64,000 bases of DNA from Lingula anatina (GCA_051362555.1 CM120644.1:24512534-24576533); one strand, 5' to 3'; positions 51,996 to 64,000 are shown, counted from the stretch's first letter. A program made the numbers and translations. The notes: a model not told the origin generated them from the sequence alone.

Positions 51996-52787
51996 ATCAA
52001 TTCTAAAAAGCTCGAAAAAACGGTCTTTTCACAAAGTATAGTTTGAATCAAATATTTCCATCGATGCACGGTGTCTTCACGATACTGTCACTCACCCCGT
52101 ATTTTTTTCTGGTGCGTGCATCCCTTGATCCGATGGCAAATTACCGCAGCTCAGCAAACCACGTACTCCGCCCCGTCAGCCATCTTACCTTTCCAAATAA
52201 AATTAAAAAAGGAAATTAGACTACTTTAAATTGAAGCTACCTGTACGGCGTATATTTTATCAGTGTATTTGGGCGAGTCATACATACGTACATACTCGTG
52301 TTTTACTGTTTGTTATCTTTTCAATTTATTCATGAATAGAATTATTCAATGTTGGATGTCACGCCGCCAGGTGATTCATAGGCCATGTATTTAAGGAGAC
52401 TTCCGCTACCTGTGAGCACGGTTTTCTTCCTGTAATTGTAGATATATTTTTCCTTTTCTTCTGATTTCCTCTTTCAGTGCGTAGGTCTATGGTCACGTTC
52501 TGCCTGCCTCATCTGAGGTCAGGTGTTCTATTATCACCACGACAGAGACAAAAGTCTGGATGTATTTATTTGCAGAACTAAACTACAGTCAATCAGCCTG
52601 CAAATTGTGCGGTATGATTCTGAGACGAGTTTTTGCCCTTAGACGAGGATAATGGTATCAAAATATCTCGTGCGGTGCCGCCTTTATTTTAATCTTTGTA
52701 TCTGTTGGTATGTTTCATTTACTTTTCATTTTTTCCCTTATCAATATGTCGTATTTCATCTTTCTACCTGTATCTGCTTTTCCATCT

Positions 52788-52870
<83 letters not shown>

Positions 52871-54174
52871 GTTACTTTCTCTTTTTCTTCCCCTCTGTCA
52901 TTCAATGTGGAAACCCACAGTGCATTAAATACCTCGTGCGTCACAAACTGCATACATATAGATAGACAGTGCAGTTCAATTGTCTTTCCTTTTCTTTGAC
53001 ATTTGTGAACTGGGCGGGGGAGGAGTGGCGGGGGAGGAGTGGCGGGGGTGGGGAAGGGGGGGGGGGGCGTCGATACTGCATCTGGGAAATGAACGTCCGT
53101 GATACGCAAGCGTGAGCTTTGTTAACCGCCTCAGTTCTCTACAGCACGACGCACTTTACCAGCGCTACAACACGAACGATCTCAGTGTAATATTCCGATC
53201 AGGGGCAGATATGTATCGTATGCGGTTTAAATGTCCCCTTTATCACTGGCTCTTTAAATATGTCACAGAGTTTAAATTTCTTTTGTCCAAAAATTTCACT
53301 TTCACTATCTAATAGTCTAAGGTGCTGATTAGTCCGAGGATCAACTATTTGTGGTAGCGATCACTGAAGGTGCTCTCTAGCTGCTTTGTATATAAAAAAC
53401 TGCTTATTAAAGTAAACGCATGAAAAACTTCTTTTAAAGTTATTGTGCAAGGTGTATTATCAGAGAAACCGGGCCATCATCTCCAGCTTGTGTTGTCTCC
53501 GTTTTCCCAATATTTCCGGCCTACGTCACTTCCGGTCACCACGGAGGCGTCGATGGACGCTGTGGTCTGGTAACAGGTCTCAGGAACTCGACACCTGTTT
53601 ACATCCAGAATATAACACAAGGTTCTTTACGCGACAAACTAAAACCAGTCTTGACAATAATATGTGTAGTGCAGCACTGTACATGGTCATTATGGTTATT
53701 AACGATTTCATCACTTATACATGTATTGACAACATTAGAAAATGGAAAACTAGATAAAATACTTTCGTAAGATTATACATCAATCTAATTCACTCTGCAT
53801 TGTGTCAAGGTTTTAAAATCAAATAAGGAGAATTAAGGGATGGCTAGTTAGCAGTGAAATATGAAAACTCATTAGGTGTCCTTAATTTTCTTTGTGCGAT
53901 TTTACGTACATCTGACACGTACGAACCGGGGAATATTTCAGAGTTTTTTTTTTTTTTTTTGCTTGGTACAAAAGGCGTTCATTACAAGCTGTAACAGTGC
54001 CACTGGTACACTGGTCACATAGAACCTATAGGCTATTATATAGATAATACTTTAACATTAACAATAAGTTAATGTTTAACGAGGTGGATTAATTTTATGC
54101 AGATTAAGTTTATTTCAATTTTTTTTCTCTTTTACTAGAATTATAGAAAGATCAAACGATCTTGACCAGACAGG

Positions 54175-54385
54175 GACACCGTCTTTCTGAACGATGGCAA
54201 CATGTACAATAAAGACACGGGGAAATACACCTCCCCGACCTCAGGGGTCTACGTCTTCCATTACCATAGTCTCAGCCACAACAAAAAGCCCATATATGTC
54301 AGATTGAACAATAATGGTCAGATAATGAATGCTGGTACGGTAAACCTTCCACGGGGTTTGCGACAGGCAGTAATACTATCGATTG
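54175..54385 (+). pseudogene. C1q-domain gene fragment
   Basis: DTVFLNDGNMYNKDTGKYTSPTSGVYVFHYHSL...YVRLNNNG, then a frameshifted GSNTI. The N-terminal strand and C-terminus are missing. Confidence 0.7.
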
Positions 54386-54407
54386 TACATGGTTGTTAAT
54401 GTTGTTG

Positions 54408-54970
54408 ATAGACTTTGATACCGTCCTGGTTATTGACAACATAACCTGATTGTGCTGTGTTGATCGGTGACAACTATCACATATCAGATAACCTACTATA
54501 CAATTTATACACGTACACAACAGCCTTGGCAGCAGTAGAGCGGGGCGGTCTGTGTGTGTGTAGTATGTATAAGGAAGGGGGAGGGGTAATACATGTACAT
54601 TATCCAAACAACCTTTCCAATGTTCTCATCATCCATGTCACTTTACGACAAAAAAAAAAAAAAAAAAAAAAAAAAATATTCAACAGTCGCCCGGCATTTT
54701 ATCACCTATTGCCAAATCTACAACACAATAACACCAGGGGATATACGGAGGGGGGGGGGGGGGGGGGTTCACATGTCACCCTCACAGCGTATCACTGATA
54801 TGCCATGCACTCAGCTAGTACAGGCTTTAGACTTTGATATCGTCCTGGTTATTGACAACATCACCTGATTGGGATGTGTCGATCGGGTGACAACTTTGAA
54901 GTGGTATAGATAACTTATTAAATGATATATAAAGCGCACGCAACGGCTTTGGCAGCAGTAGAGCGAGGCG
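54408..54970 (+). repeat. Diverged direct duplication (period ~420 bp) immediately upstream of the TRIM gene
   Basis: TAGACTTTGATA.CGTCCTGGTTATTGACAACAT.ACCTGATTG ... TTGGCAGCAGTAGAGCG.GGCG at ~54408-54550 and ~54828-54970. Confidence 0.8.
54926..54933 (+). promoter_or_regulatory. Candidate TATA box of the TRIM gene
   Basis: TATATAAA about 25-30 bp before an Inr-like GCAGT and ~90 bp before ATG 55020. Confidence 0.45.
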
Positions 54971-55019
54971 ATCGACGTGTAGGGGGCGGGGCGCTGTGCC
55001 CACTCTGGGCGCCTATACC

Positions 55020-57236
55020 ATGGCAATGGCTTCGAAAGAGATGTGCAGCGTCTTCAGTGAGAACTTTTTAACGTGTCATATATGTCTGGAGGAATATAAA
55101 GACCCGAGAGTGCTCCCCTGTTACCACACTTTCTGCCAGGAATGTATTGCTGACCATGCAGCCAAAAATGGTGTCCAGAACAAGTTCTCCTGTCCCATGT
55201 GTCGCCAAGAGGCCCCCGTGCCACCAGGTGGGTTAGAAACTCTCGTGAAAAACTTCTTCTTAAGAAAAGTGGCAGATTTCATTAAAGGCCAAAAAGCACC
55301 AGAGGGGAGACTTTGTGAGTATTGTAACCATAAAGAGGCTACTTTCTTGTGCCAAGGCTGTCCAAACACCAACCAACTGTGCCCTACATGTCGTGACGTT
55401 CACGATAAAATCCCCGCATTAAAAGGACACGTGCTTGTATCCCTGTCACAAGTCGATTTCTCAGTTAACCCAGCTAACATGCGAGAACAATTACGCCATG
55501 TATTAGATAAAGCTCAATACTGCGACAAACACGACAGTGAGTTTTTGACATTCTATTGTGAAGAGGATGACACCGTGGCATGCAGAGACTGTATTTTGGA
55601 AACTCACAGTAAACATGACTTTAAAAAAGTGGGAGACGTTGTGAAAGTTCAACGGGAGCTTATACGAGAAAAACTCACATGTCTGCCAGTTGAGAAATTG
55701 TCTCGTTTTGAGAAGGCAAAAAATACCATTTTAAGGACGGAAGAGAGGCTGAAAGAAAACCAGAAAAAAATCATTCGTTCGGTGGATTCTCAAAGCTTAG
55801 CTATGACACAAAAGATAAATGAAAACATAAAAACTATTGAAAGAGAACTCGACGATTATTATAAGCATGTAGAGAAAGATATACGGGAACAGACGGACAC
55901 GTATTTGACCACAGTCAAACAGCATTTGGGAACGTATCGAACAAAAGTACAGTCCGATTACACAAAAATGAAAAGATTTATAGATGGCAAAAGAAACGAA
56001 ATAACTGCAGAAGTGAAGGCACTCACTTCCAAGCAATTAAAAATATTAGAAACTGAAAAGGACAAACAAGAAATGAGCATGATTTCCATTCAGAGTATTC
56101 GTGATTTCGCTCAGCAGCTCACAGACACAGGTTCTGACATCGAGGTCATGGCCCACTCTAAAAAACTCCAAGCTAGAACCCAGGAGTTACAGACAGTAGA
56201 ACCAGTATTTGATACCAAGATCACCGACATAACATTTACACCAGGGCAAACAACAATGGACGTTGTGCTTCATTTACCTAAAATCCCCGAACCACAGCTG
56301 TCCATCAAAACGGGGTCCATTACGGCCAAAACATACCGGGGACCCTTGGATTCATATTTTGGAAGTTTAAAACAAAAGAGAGCGAACTATCCTGGGCTGA
56401 AGGAATTTATGAAGGTAACCTGGCTTTATAAGCCTGAGCGGAATGTTTGTTTTAACGTGAGGGGTTGGCTGCGGGATATCCAGTGCACAGATGATGGTTG
56501 TATTTTAGTTTTACATGCTAGTCGCTGTTGGACTGGTGGTGATACAGTGTCCGTATTCTCCAGCACAGGTCAATGTAATCGTGATATCAGTATAGAGGGA
56601 GGGGCGAGGTGTATCACTACAGTCAGTAACGGTAGACTCCTGGTCACATGCCATGATAAATGCTGTAGACTGTATTTAACATCAGGTCAGGTTATCCGAT
56701 GTTTTGGTCAGGGTGATATGGCTGACCCCTGGGGTGTCACTGTAGACCGTACAGAGGGTAAGGTGTACGTGTGTGATGGTGGTGCACAGTGCATCTGTGT
56801 GTACGACATGAAATCTTTTCAACTTGTGAACAGAATTTCTATCCCAATGTGCAGTAAAGCATCACTGTGCTGTGCATACCACCACGGCATCAATGCAATC
56901 ATAGTCAGCGACAACAGTGCCCACTGTGTGTATGCAGTGACACCCCTAGGTGACGTCATGTTCCAATACGGAGCACGAGGTCAGAGTGGAAGTGGAGACG
57001 GACAACTGAGTAATTCACAGGGAGTGTGCGTAGATACGTTTGGACACATATTCATAGCTGACAGCAGTAATCACAGGGTGGTTGTCCTTGGTTCAGACGG
57101 AAGATTTCTACGTAACATTTGTACAAAGAGTGACAACATAAGCTTTCCTGAGTCAGTTGATGTCAACAGTTACGGGGAGCTTGCTGTTGGAACTACGAGC
57201 GGTTTAATATCGACGTATAAGTATCAAGATGTTTGA
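55020..57236 (+). CDS. TRIM E3 ubiquitin ligase: RING, two B-boxes, coiled coil, NHL/beta-propeller (TRIM2/3/56/71-like), single coding exon
   Basis: Uninterrupted ~738-aa ORF. RING: CHICLEEYKDPRVLPCYHTFCQEC..CPMCR. B-box1: CEYC..CQGC..LCPTCRDVH. B-box2: CDKH..FYCEED..ACRDC..HSKH. NHL repeats: PWGVTVD, GQLSNSQGVCVDTFGHIFIADSSNHRV. Confidence 0.93.
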   Translation: MAMASKEMCSVFSENFLTCHICLEEYKDPRVLPCYHTFCQECIADHAAKNGVQNKFSCPMCRQEAPVPPGGLETLVKNFFLRKVADFIKGQKAPEGRLCEYCNHKEATFLCQGCPNTNQLCPTCRDVHDKIPALKGHVLVSLSQVDFSVNPANMREQLRHVLDKAQYCDKHDSEFLTFYCEEDDTVACRDCILETHSKHDFKKVGDVVKVQRELIREKLTCLPVEKLSRFEKAKNTILRTEERLKENQKKIIRSVDSQSLAMTQKINENIKTIERELDDYYKHVEKDIREQTDTYLTTVKQHLGTYRTKVQSDYTKMKRFIDGKRNEITAEVKALTSKQLKILETEKDKQEMSMISIQSIRDFAQQLTDTGSDIEVMAHSKKLQARTQELQTVEPVFDTKITDITFTPGQTTMDVVLHLPKIPEPQLSIKTGSITAKTYRGPLDSYFGSLKQKRANYPGLKEFMKVTWLYKPERNVCFNVRGWLRDIQCTDDGCILVLHASRCWTGGDTVSVFSSTGQCNRDISIEGGARCITTVSNGRLLVTCHDKCCRLYLTSGQVIRCFGQGDMADPWGVTVDRTEGKVYVCDGGAQCICVYDMKSFQLVNRISIPMCSKASLCCAYHHGINAIIVSDNSAHCVYAVTPLGDVMFQYGARGQSGSGDGQLSNSQGVCVDTFGHIFIADSSNHRVVVLGSDGRFLRNICTKSDNISFPESVDVNSYGELAVGTTSGLISTYKYQDV

Positions 57237-58490
57237 ATTGTAATTAATATCAACGAGGAAAATGTAATGGACGTGCCTTACTATGTTTGTTGTGTAGAGA
57301 TATTGAATTTGTAGCAAAGTAAAGAAATACAGAAACATATGAAATAATTAGTTTTATCACTTAAATTGAGCACCTTTGTTCTTTGCATATTAGCATGTAT
57401 TTTTTCCTTTTATTAGCAAATGCTTTTTTCATGAGTAGAATTTAGCTGTTCACCCTAGACTTCTATTTTGACCTAAGTATGAATATAGTTCATCTTCTCA
57501 AATTTGTTTTTTTTATATGAAAAGTTTTAAAGGTAGGTGTTGTCTATAGAATGTGTGAAAAGTGATTCAGATACTGTTAATAACATGATGTTTTAGAACT
57601 GAAACTAAATGAGTCCTAATGACGTTAACTGCTTTGTTTTTATCATTTTAATTTTATTTATTTATGTATATATGTATTTATTTATTTATTGGTTTTGCAC
57701 TGAGGTTCAGTTTTGCAACATGTAGATAAGGGCGGTTGGGAGCAGAACATCTCTTTTGTTCAGTAGTCTTTGCAGTTTTAATATTGAATGTGGAGTCGCT
57801 CCGGACATTATTTTAAAACATTATATTATATTAAAAACAAATAGTTTACAGTCTTTAGCGGACCAGTGAGAGAATTTAATAGATCCCCCTACGCCCCCCT
57901 CCGCGGTTTGTGGACTGTGCTCTAATATTTCAATATGTACAGGACTACCAGGACCCCAAAGGGGGGGAGAAAGGGGGGGGCATGACCTATATTTTGTGTG
58001 GAAGCAATTATTTGTGAATGTTTTTGGAAAAAAGGAAAACATTATGAAATGAAACAAGCCGAGGAGTAGCCTGGCTTATTTCCACCGAACGCAGTTTACT
58101 TGCAGTAAAACGTGGTACCTAAAATAACAATGTAAGCTACTGACTTAATTTCATTCAAGTTATTGGATAAGCTACAATAAATTACGGCATGTATTCCCTT
58201 TATATTTTATATCTCAAGAATATATTAAAAATAAAAACACGTAGATGTAAAACGGCAAGGGGATTCCCCCAACGTCCTGTTCTTCTGACTAAAGTGGCTG
58301 AAAATATTTGTGGTAAGCCATTTAGTGCTTTCCCACGTCCACTATGCACGTAGAAAGATAAGAGAAACTCACACCTTGAATGTAGGATGTTATGAAATAA
58401 GAAATATTATGTTTTAACAAATCTCCAGTTTACATATATGAAAATAAGAATAAACAACATTATATCATTTTATTAAATACAGAAATATAT

Positions 58491-58640
58491 CCGCGTGTAG
58501 TGGATGGCACTATTACGCATGTCTGTTATCTACGACACATACTATATTACCACGTGACCGGAACCGCGTGTAGTGGATGGCACTATTACGCATGTCTGTT
58601 ATCTACGACACATACTATATTACTACGTGTCCGGAACCGC
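58491..58640. repeat. 73-bp tandem duplication
   Basis: CCGCGTGTAGTGGATGGCACTATTACGCATGTCTGTTATCTACGACACATACTATATTAC... occurs twice. Confidence 0.9.
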
Positions 58641-59739
58641 ACAAATTTTAGATATGAATGTAATTTAGAAATGGACTCGAAATACGGACACCGTTGGAAA
58701 CTTTTAGTTTGGATAACGCGTAAATAATATCTTCCAAGTTCTTGGTCAAAATAGTTACGTGTAGATCGCTATGAGGAAATCCAACGCTGACAACAATAAC
58801 CAGTTTCAATCTTTTAATGTTAACTCGTTGCCTGCTCCGGTACATTCTGCCCCTCTTTTCAATATTACACCCTTTAGTATGTACTCCAGACAATGGCTTC
58901 AGGAACTTCCTTATCACTGGCTTCTTAATCAGACTCGTAAACAAGGCTTACTCTGCTTCTTGAGACTTGACATAATGTATTATAGAGAATTACGGTTTAC
59001 AAAAGTTATAACTTGAAGTTACTGACATTGTCTATGAATTATTAAATGTCCCCGACACATGGTGTTTAATATATCATTTAATACAAATTATGAGTAAAGA
59101 AGTAACAGGGTGTCGCCAAGTAACTGAGTTGCTTGACAACTGTAGTGATTTAAGATGTCGACGATTGTAATTCATAAATGACGTTTATTTCCGTTCCACC
59201 GCTCGTCTTGCCCGGCCAGTTACTGCCTCCGTGTCACCAAATCAACACTGGTCTCTGCAGGTGGTCTTCCAGTAAAGAAGCTCAAACCTCCCGTAGCAGC
59301 CCTTTAATTTTATGCACCTGTTCACAGCACACAACTCATATGTTCCGCCGTTGAAACACTCTCCTTCCAACTGTTTTATAGAGTAAAATTTCCGAGATCC
59401 CTGGATGTAACCGCACACCTCGTAGTTTCCCTTTCTTGCATGGCCGTGCTCCTGGAATTAGTAATTTATTGTGTAGCCTATAATAATAATGTATATAATA
59501 ATGATCAAAGACAGGGAAAATCACATGGATTTTAATCGAGGATGTCTTCACAGAGAAGTACATATACAATCCGAGGACCAAAAAATGGAAATGTAAAATA
59601 TTGATAAAAGGTGATATGAAATGAATTAACAGCTGATAATTACATGTATCTTTTTCACTAAGAGAAATTCGGAGCACAGTAGAAAGAACCATCCAATAAC
59701 TTTGAAATGACTTTTTAGAAACTAAAAACATCACAAATG

Positions 59740-61848
59740 GCAGGTCATTATTTTTTTTAATTCTCACTCCCCTTATTGAATTAAATATTGTATTGACGTA
59801 ACCAGCGAAAGGAAGCAAACATCTTCAAAAAACATCAACATTTATTCGTCGTTGTTAATTTGTACCCTCTACCAGGGTAACTGATAGTTTTTTCACATAT
59901 AGACATATCTGTGAATATTTATTAAAAATTCTATCAGTCGTCCTGGTAGAGGATAGATTTGTATGTTTGCTGTAAATTCCCAGCCACTTTGATGTCCAAC
60001 ATCTACGTATCGGTGATTTTCAATATCAAATATAATACTTTCGACTGTTTTATATGGATTATAGTGGGAGTGTTATTCTCTTTATAATGACTATCTGTTT
60101 GAATATTGTCGCACAACCCATGTTTGTAAGAGTCAGCATCAAAGGACATCTTAGTGGTTATCACTATCACACCCCTATACATTGCAAACTTTGCTGTGCG
60201 GCCGCCATTATGGTGTTTTGAATTTATTTTCAGCAGTCTGCAAATACAGATTTAGGAGTGAAAAAGCCTATATTATGGTGTAATATGGGGGTCTTCATTT
60301 CTGTCTGATCTTTAAGAGGGACTATTTGTTATGTGACCAATGGAATTCCCTGGATAGTTCTATCGGGTGAATTTATCAGACAGATCACACTGCCATCTTC
60401 ATACTACCGGGTATTTAGCTACTTGAGCATGAAGGCGTATCCCTACCCCACCCTCCGTCACAAAATGTATTTTCCATGGTTAAGCTCGTCATTTAAACAG
60501 AAATGTTGATGTTGGATTGCAGCATTATGTAGGTGGGTGCATGTAAGAAAATAATATAAGTGTGGGGATGGGAGTCGGGGTTGGGCTGCTCATTTAGATA
60601 ATAATTATAACAAGGGAATTTCCCTTAATCGAGCTTAGGGCTGACGCGTTGAAAAAATGTGTTTAGGCGGACGATGAGGGGGATAACTAAGCCCCCCCCC
60701 CCAACTTCCAGTCTCCCCCTCCTCCTCCTCCTCCAATACACAACCCCAGTTCTAAGTCCTATACTATTATATCCACAAATTCACCATTGAAAACATGACT
60801 ATCTCTCAGTACACGGTGCGAGGAATTCATTTACGAGGTTTATCTTTATCTCCGCCCCATTATAACTACGATGATGGCGGCTGATCAGGTAAATTGTTGT
60901 TATTTTCTTTCCTTGTCGTAAATAACTGGATGGTTAGGATATTAAAATAGTATCATGTGGTCAGCGATATTATAAAGGTCCACCCTGCGCGTGCGGTCAC
61001 TTTATGGTAGGGTCAACCACTAGTGTGAGAACTTTGACGTTCAATTAGGGGGGAAGGTGGGGGGTTTAAGATATAGAATTGTTGCGGGTGACCTCAGCAT
61101 GACTGGCCTGTTCTTATTTGATGTATTTTACAAATTTATTTGCCAGGACCGATGTGATCAATTTGGATGGTGACTATGTAAAGTCTACTTCAATATATTT
61201 TTTCAACCACATTGTATTAAAATGCAAATAGAATTTATTAAAAAAGAAAATTAGAGTTTAAATTGAAGCTACACGTACGGCGTACATTTCATCAGTAGAT
61301 TTGGGCGAGTCATAAATACGTACATACTCGTGTTTTACTGTTTGTTATCTTTTCAATTTATTCATGAATAGAATTATTCAGTGTTAGATGTCACGCCGCC
61401 TGGTGATTCATAGGACATGTATTTTAGGAGACTTCCGCTACCTGTGACGCGGAGAGGCACCGTTTTCTTCCTGTAATTGTAGATATATTTTTCTTTTTCT
61501 TTTGTTTTCCTCTTTCAGTGCGTAGGTCTATGGTCACGTTCTGCCTGCCTCATCTGAGGTTAGGGGTTCTATTATCACCACGACAGAAACAAAAGTCTGG
61601 ATGTATTTATTTGCAATACCAAAGTACAGTCAATCAGCCTGCAAATTGTGTCGGTATGATTCTGAGACGAGTTTTTGCCCTAAGACGAGGATAATGGTAT
61701 CACAATTTCTCGTACGGTGCCGCCTTAATTTTAATCCTTGTATCTGTTGGTATGTTTTCATTTACTTTTCATTTTTTCCCTTATCAATATGTCGTATTTC
61801 ATCTTTCTACCTGTATCTGTTTTCCCATCTTTTCACTCACTCTCTCTC

Positions 61849-61914
<66 letters not shown>

Positions 61915-62310
61915 TCAGTTACTTTCTCTTTTTCTTCCCCTCTGTCATTCAATGTGGAAACCACCAGTGCATTTAATACCTTGTGCGCCACATGCTGCAT
62001 ACATATAGATAGACAGTGCAGTTCAATTGTCTTTCCTTTTCTTTGACACTTGTGAACTGGGCGGGGGAGAGGTGGCGGGGGTGGGGCGGCGATACTGCAT
62101 CTCGGAAATGAACGTCCGTGATATGCATGCCTGAGGTTTGTTAACCTTCTCAGTTCTCTACATCACGGGGCACTTTGTCAACGTTACAACACCAACGATC
62201 TCAGTGTAATACTTCGATCAGGGACAGATATGTATCGTCTGCGGTTTAAATAACTTGTGTCTCCTTTATCACTGGCTATTCAAATGTGTCGCAGAGATTT
62301 AATTTCTTTC
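59740..62310 (+). repeat. Segmental duplication 2, copy B (LINE-empty copy)
   Basis: Colinear with the host parts of 44930-53290, including the (CT)n(CA)n tract. Confidence 0.9.
59865..59953. mobile_element. ~90-bp MITE with TA TSD, present only in copy B
   Basis: CCCTCTACCAGGGTAACTGATAG / CTATCAGTCGTCCTGGTAGAGGA flanked by TA; absent at the homologous site ~45052. Confidence 0.8.
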
Positions 62311-62523
62311 GTAGCGTCGCACATCAAAATCAAAATCAAAACAGTCGTATGCGTGGGAGCCAGGAAGAGAAAAGGAGGGAGAGGGTACAAGCACCTCAGT
62401 CATATGGCGAGGAATCAGAGGATCAACTGTTGTGAAAAGTATCATAAACGGGTCTCTATCGTTGCTTTCTAATTAAAACATGCTTGTCCTGTGCCCTGTG
62501 TGAAGAGCTTATTTTTAAGTAAT

Positions 62524-62991
62524 TGTTCAAGGTAGATCATCAGACGGGCGGTTGTATAATAAAATCATTATCTAAACAAAGTGTTACTGCAAAACAAACG
62601 CTGTTTTGTAGATATGATGATCAAAGTTTATTATAGTGAATGTGTGGCGCTTTGGTTACTCGTCCATGAACGGTGTAGCTTACGCATACGGTCCAAAACT
62701 ACAAAAAATATAAATAAATAAACAAGATTAACTAAATGAATTGTGAATGTAGTATATAATTAAGTAGAATCTAACAAATAAGTAATAGATTAATGCTTAC
62801 TTTTTACGCCCCATGTAGTTCATAATGTGTGTCCACCTGAACCGTTCATAGCATAGTACATATAATAAGTGCGCATTACTACTCTGCGCACATCCGGTGC
62901 ATTTACATTCTCGGCCCCTTGAATACAGTTATTGTATTCAATATCAAAAATTAATGCACACTAATGACAGATAATATGATCATAATTACGT

Positions 62992-63069
<78 letters not shown>

Positions 63070-63893
63070 AACCACTGTTTTTACTAATACATAGTACTGT
63101 TAAGTAAGTTCAATTCATTTCATTATAAATGTACATAAAGCAGCATATAAATTCTACACATTTTGTTCCTCAACAGGAACAATAACCACCACCCTCGCCA
63201 CGGGTCTCCGAAGTTCTGTGTTTTGAGTTTTCAACTTCACGCTTCTCACTAACCCACTACTTTTGTCTAGTTCAGCTGCAGAAACACGACCCGTTTTCCA
63301 ATAATTTCGTGGCACGGAATCATCCTTTATTAGCCCAATATCACCCACTTTTAAGTTTCGTTTAGGTTTTTCCCATTTTTGACGTTGTTGAAGCGTCAAC
63401 AAATATTCGCGTTTCCAGCGACTCCAGAAAACGTTTGCAAGGTATTGGACGCGACGCCATCGCTTTCTCGAGTATACATCTGACCTCTGAAAGTTTCCTG
63501 GGGGTGGGCATGTGACTGAAGACTTAGCTGTTAATAAGTGGTTGGGAGTTAATGGTTTTGCGTCGTCTGGAGAATCAGAAATAGATGTGAGAGGTCTGGA
63601 ATTTACAATTGCCTCTACTTCACACATCAGTGTGTGAAATGATTCCTCGTCCATTCGACTCCCAATCTCTTTTGATAACAGACTCAACACCTTCCATATA
63701 GTGCGAATTTGGCGCTCCCAGATACCTCCAAAGTGACTGGCTGCTGGAGGGTTAAATACCCACGAGATCTGACATTTCATCAATTTGATTTTGATAGCGT
63801 CGTTGTCCATTTCTTTCAGAGCATTGCAAAGTTCTCGTTCAGTCTCTACGAAATTTGTCCCGTTGTCTGATCGTACTTGTTTTACGTCCCCGC
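62524..63893 (-). mobile_element. BEL/Pao LTR retrotransposon 3' fragment: integrase C-terminus, PPT and 3' LTR
   Basis: 63154-63893 encodes RSDNGTNF..WVFNPPAASHFGGIWERQIR..VEAIVNSRPL..LTPNHLL..RWRRVQYLANVFWSRWKREYL..LRRPVARV. PPT AAGGGGCCGAGAA at 62908-62920, then a TGT...ACA LTR at ~62907-62524 containing AATAAA. Confidence 0.88.
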
Positions 63894-64000
63894 GCGTTTA
63901 TCGTCGTAAAAACTGTAAAAAACTGTCAATGTTCAAATTCGAAAAAAAAATATATATATATATAGGCTATATAGGATATTTCGTGTAAAGTGAAAGGTTT

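Larger units (their letters stand above)
46481..52193 (-). mobile_element. Full-length L1/Tx1-clade LINE (~5.7 kb), ORF2 frameshifted
   Basis: Has a 5'UTR, ORF1, ORF2 with EN/RT/zf motifs and a poly(A) at ~46481-46490. TSD CAAATAA at 46474-46480 and 52194-52200; empty site at ~61224. Confidence 0.92.
44930..53290 (+). repeat. Segmental duplication 2, copy A (~2.6 kb of host sequence interrupted by the L1/Tx1 element)
   Basis: 44930-46480 plus 52194-53290 are colinear with 59740-62310. Confidence 0.9.

Noticed and set aside
52652-53109. ORFs containing SLSLSL/HTHTHT or ERERER (also 61601-62046)
   Set aside because: Translations of (CT)n(CA)n microsatellites.
59336-59818. 160-aa minus-strand ORF
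   Set aside because: Non-ATG start, AT-rich composition, no motifs, and it overlaps the duplication edge.

Overview
AT-rich, intron-containing animal DNA. The repeat and gene families suggest a lophotrochozoan, probably a mollusc (inference). Contents in order: (1) the last 12 coding exons of a PP6 regulatory ankyrin-repeat gene (ANKRD28/44/52 family, +, 16-7921), with a Helentron-associated (HINE/DINE-1-like) dimer in one intron; (2) a ~4.7-kb tandem segmental duplication (7650-12340 / 18385-22440) carrying exon 1 of a small secreted PAN/apple-domain gene, whose second copy splices to a chitin-binding-like exon; the spacer holds a decayed LINE, orphan acidic exons and a PC4-like pseudogene; (3) a minus-strand secreted protein gene (signal peptide, chitin-binding-like domain, 6 TSP1 repeats, CysD/WxxW domain) whose last domain is completed by either of two duplicated terminal exons; (4) a full-length but frameshifted L1/Tx1 LINE, with its empty site preserved in a second local duplication; (5) a C1q relic and an intronless TRIM (RING-BB-BB-CC-NHL) gene; (6) a BEL/Pao LTR retrotransposon 3' fragment. 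The most notable patterns are tandem repeats that copy splice junctions, seen at several stages of decay, and the alternative half-domain terminal exons. Exon coordinates were read by hand from GT/AG signals and frame continuity; no database searches were run.
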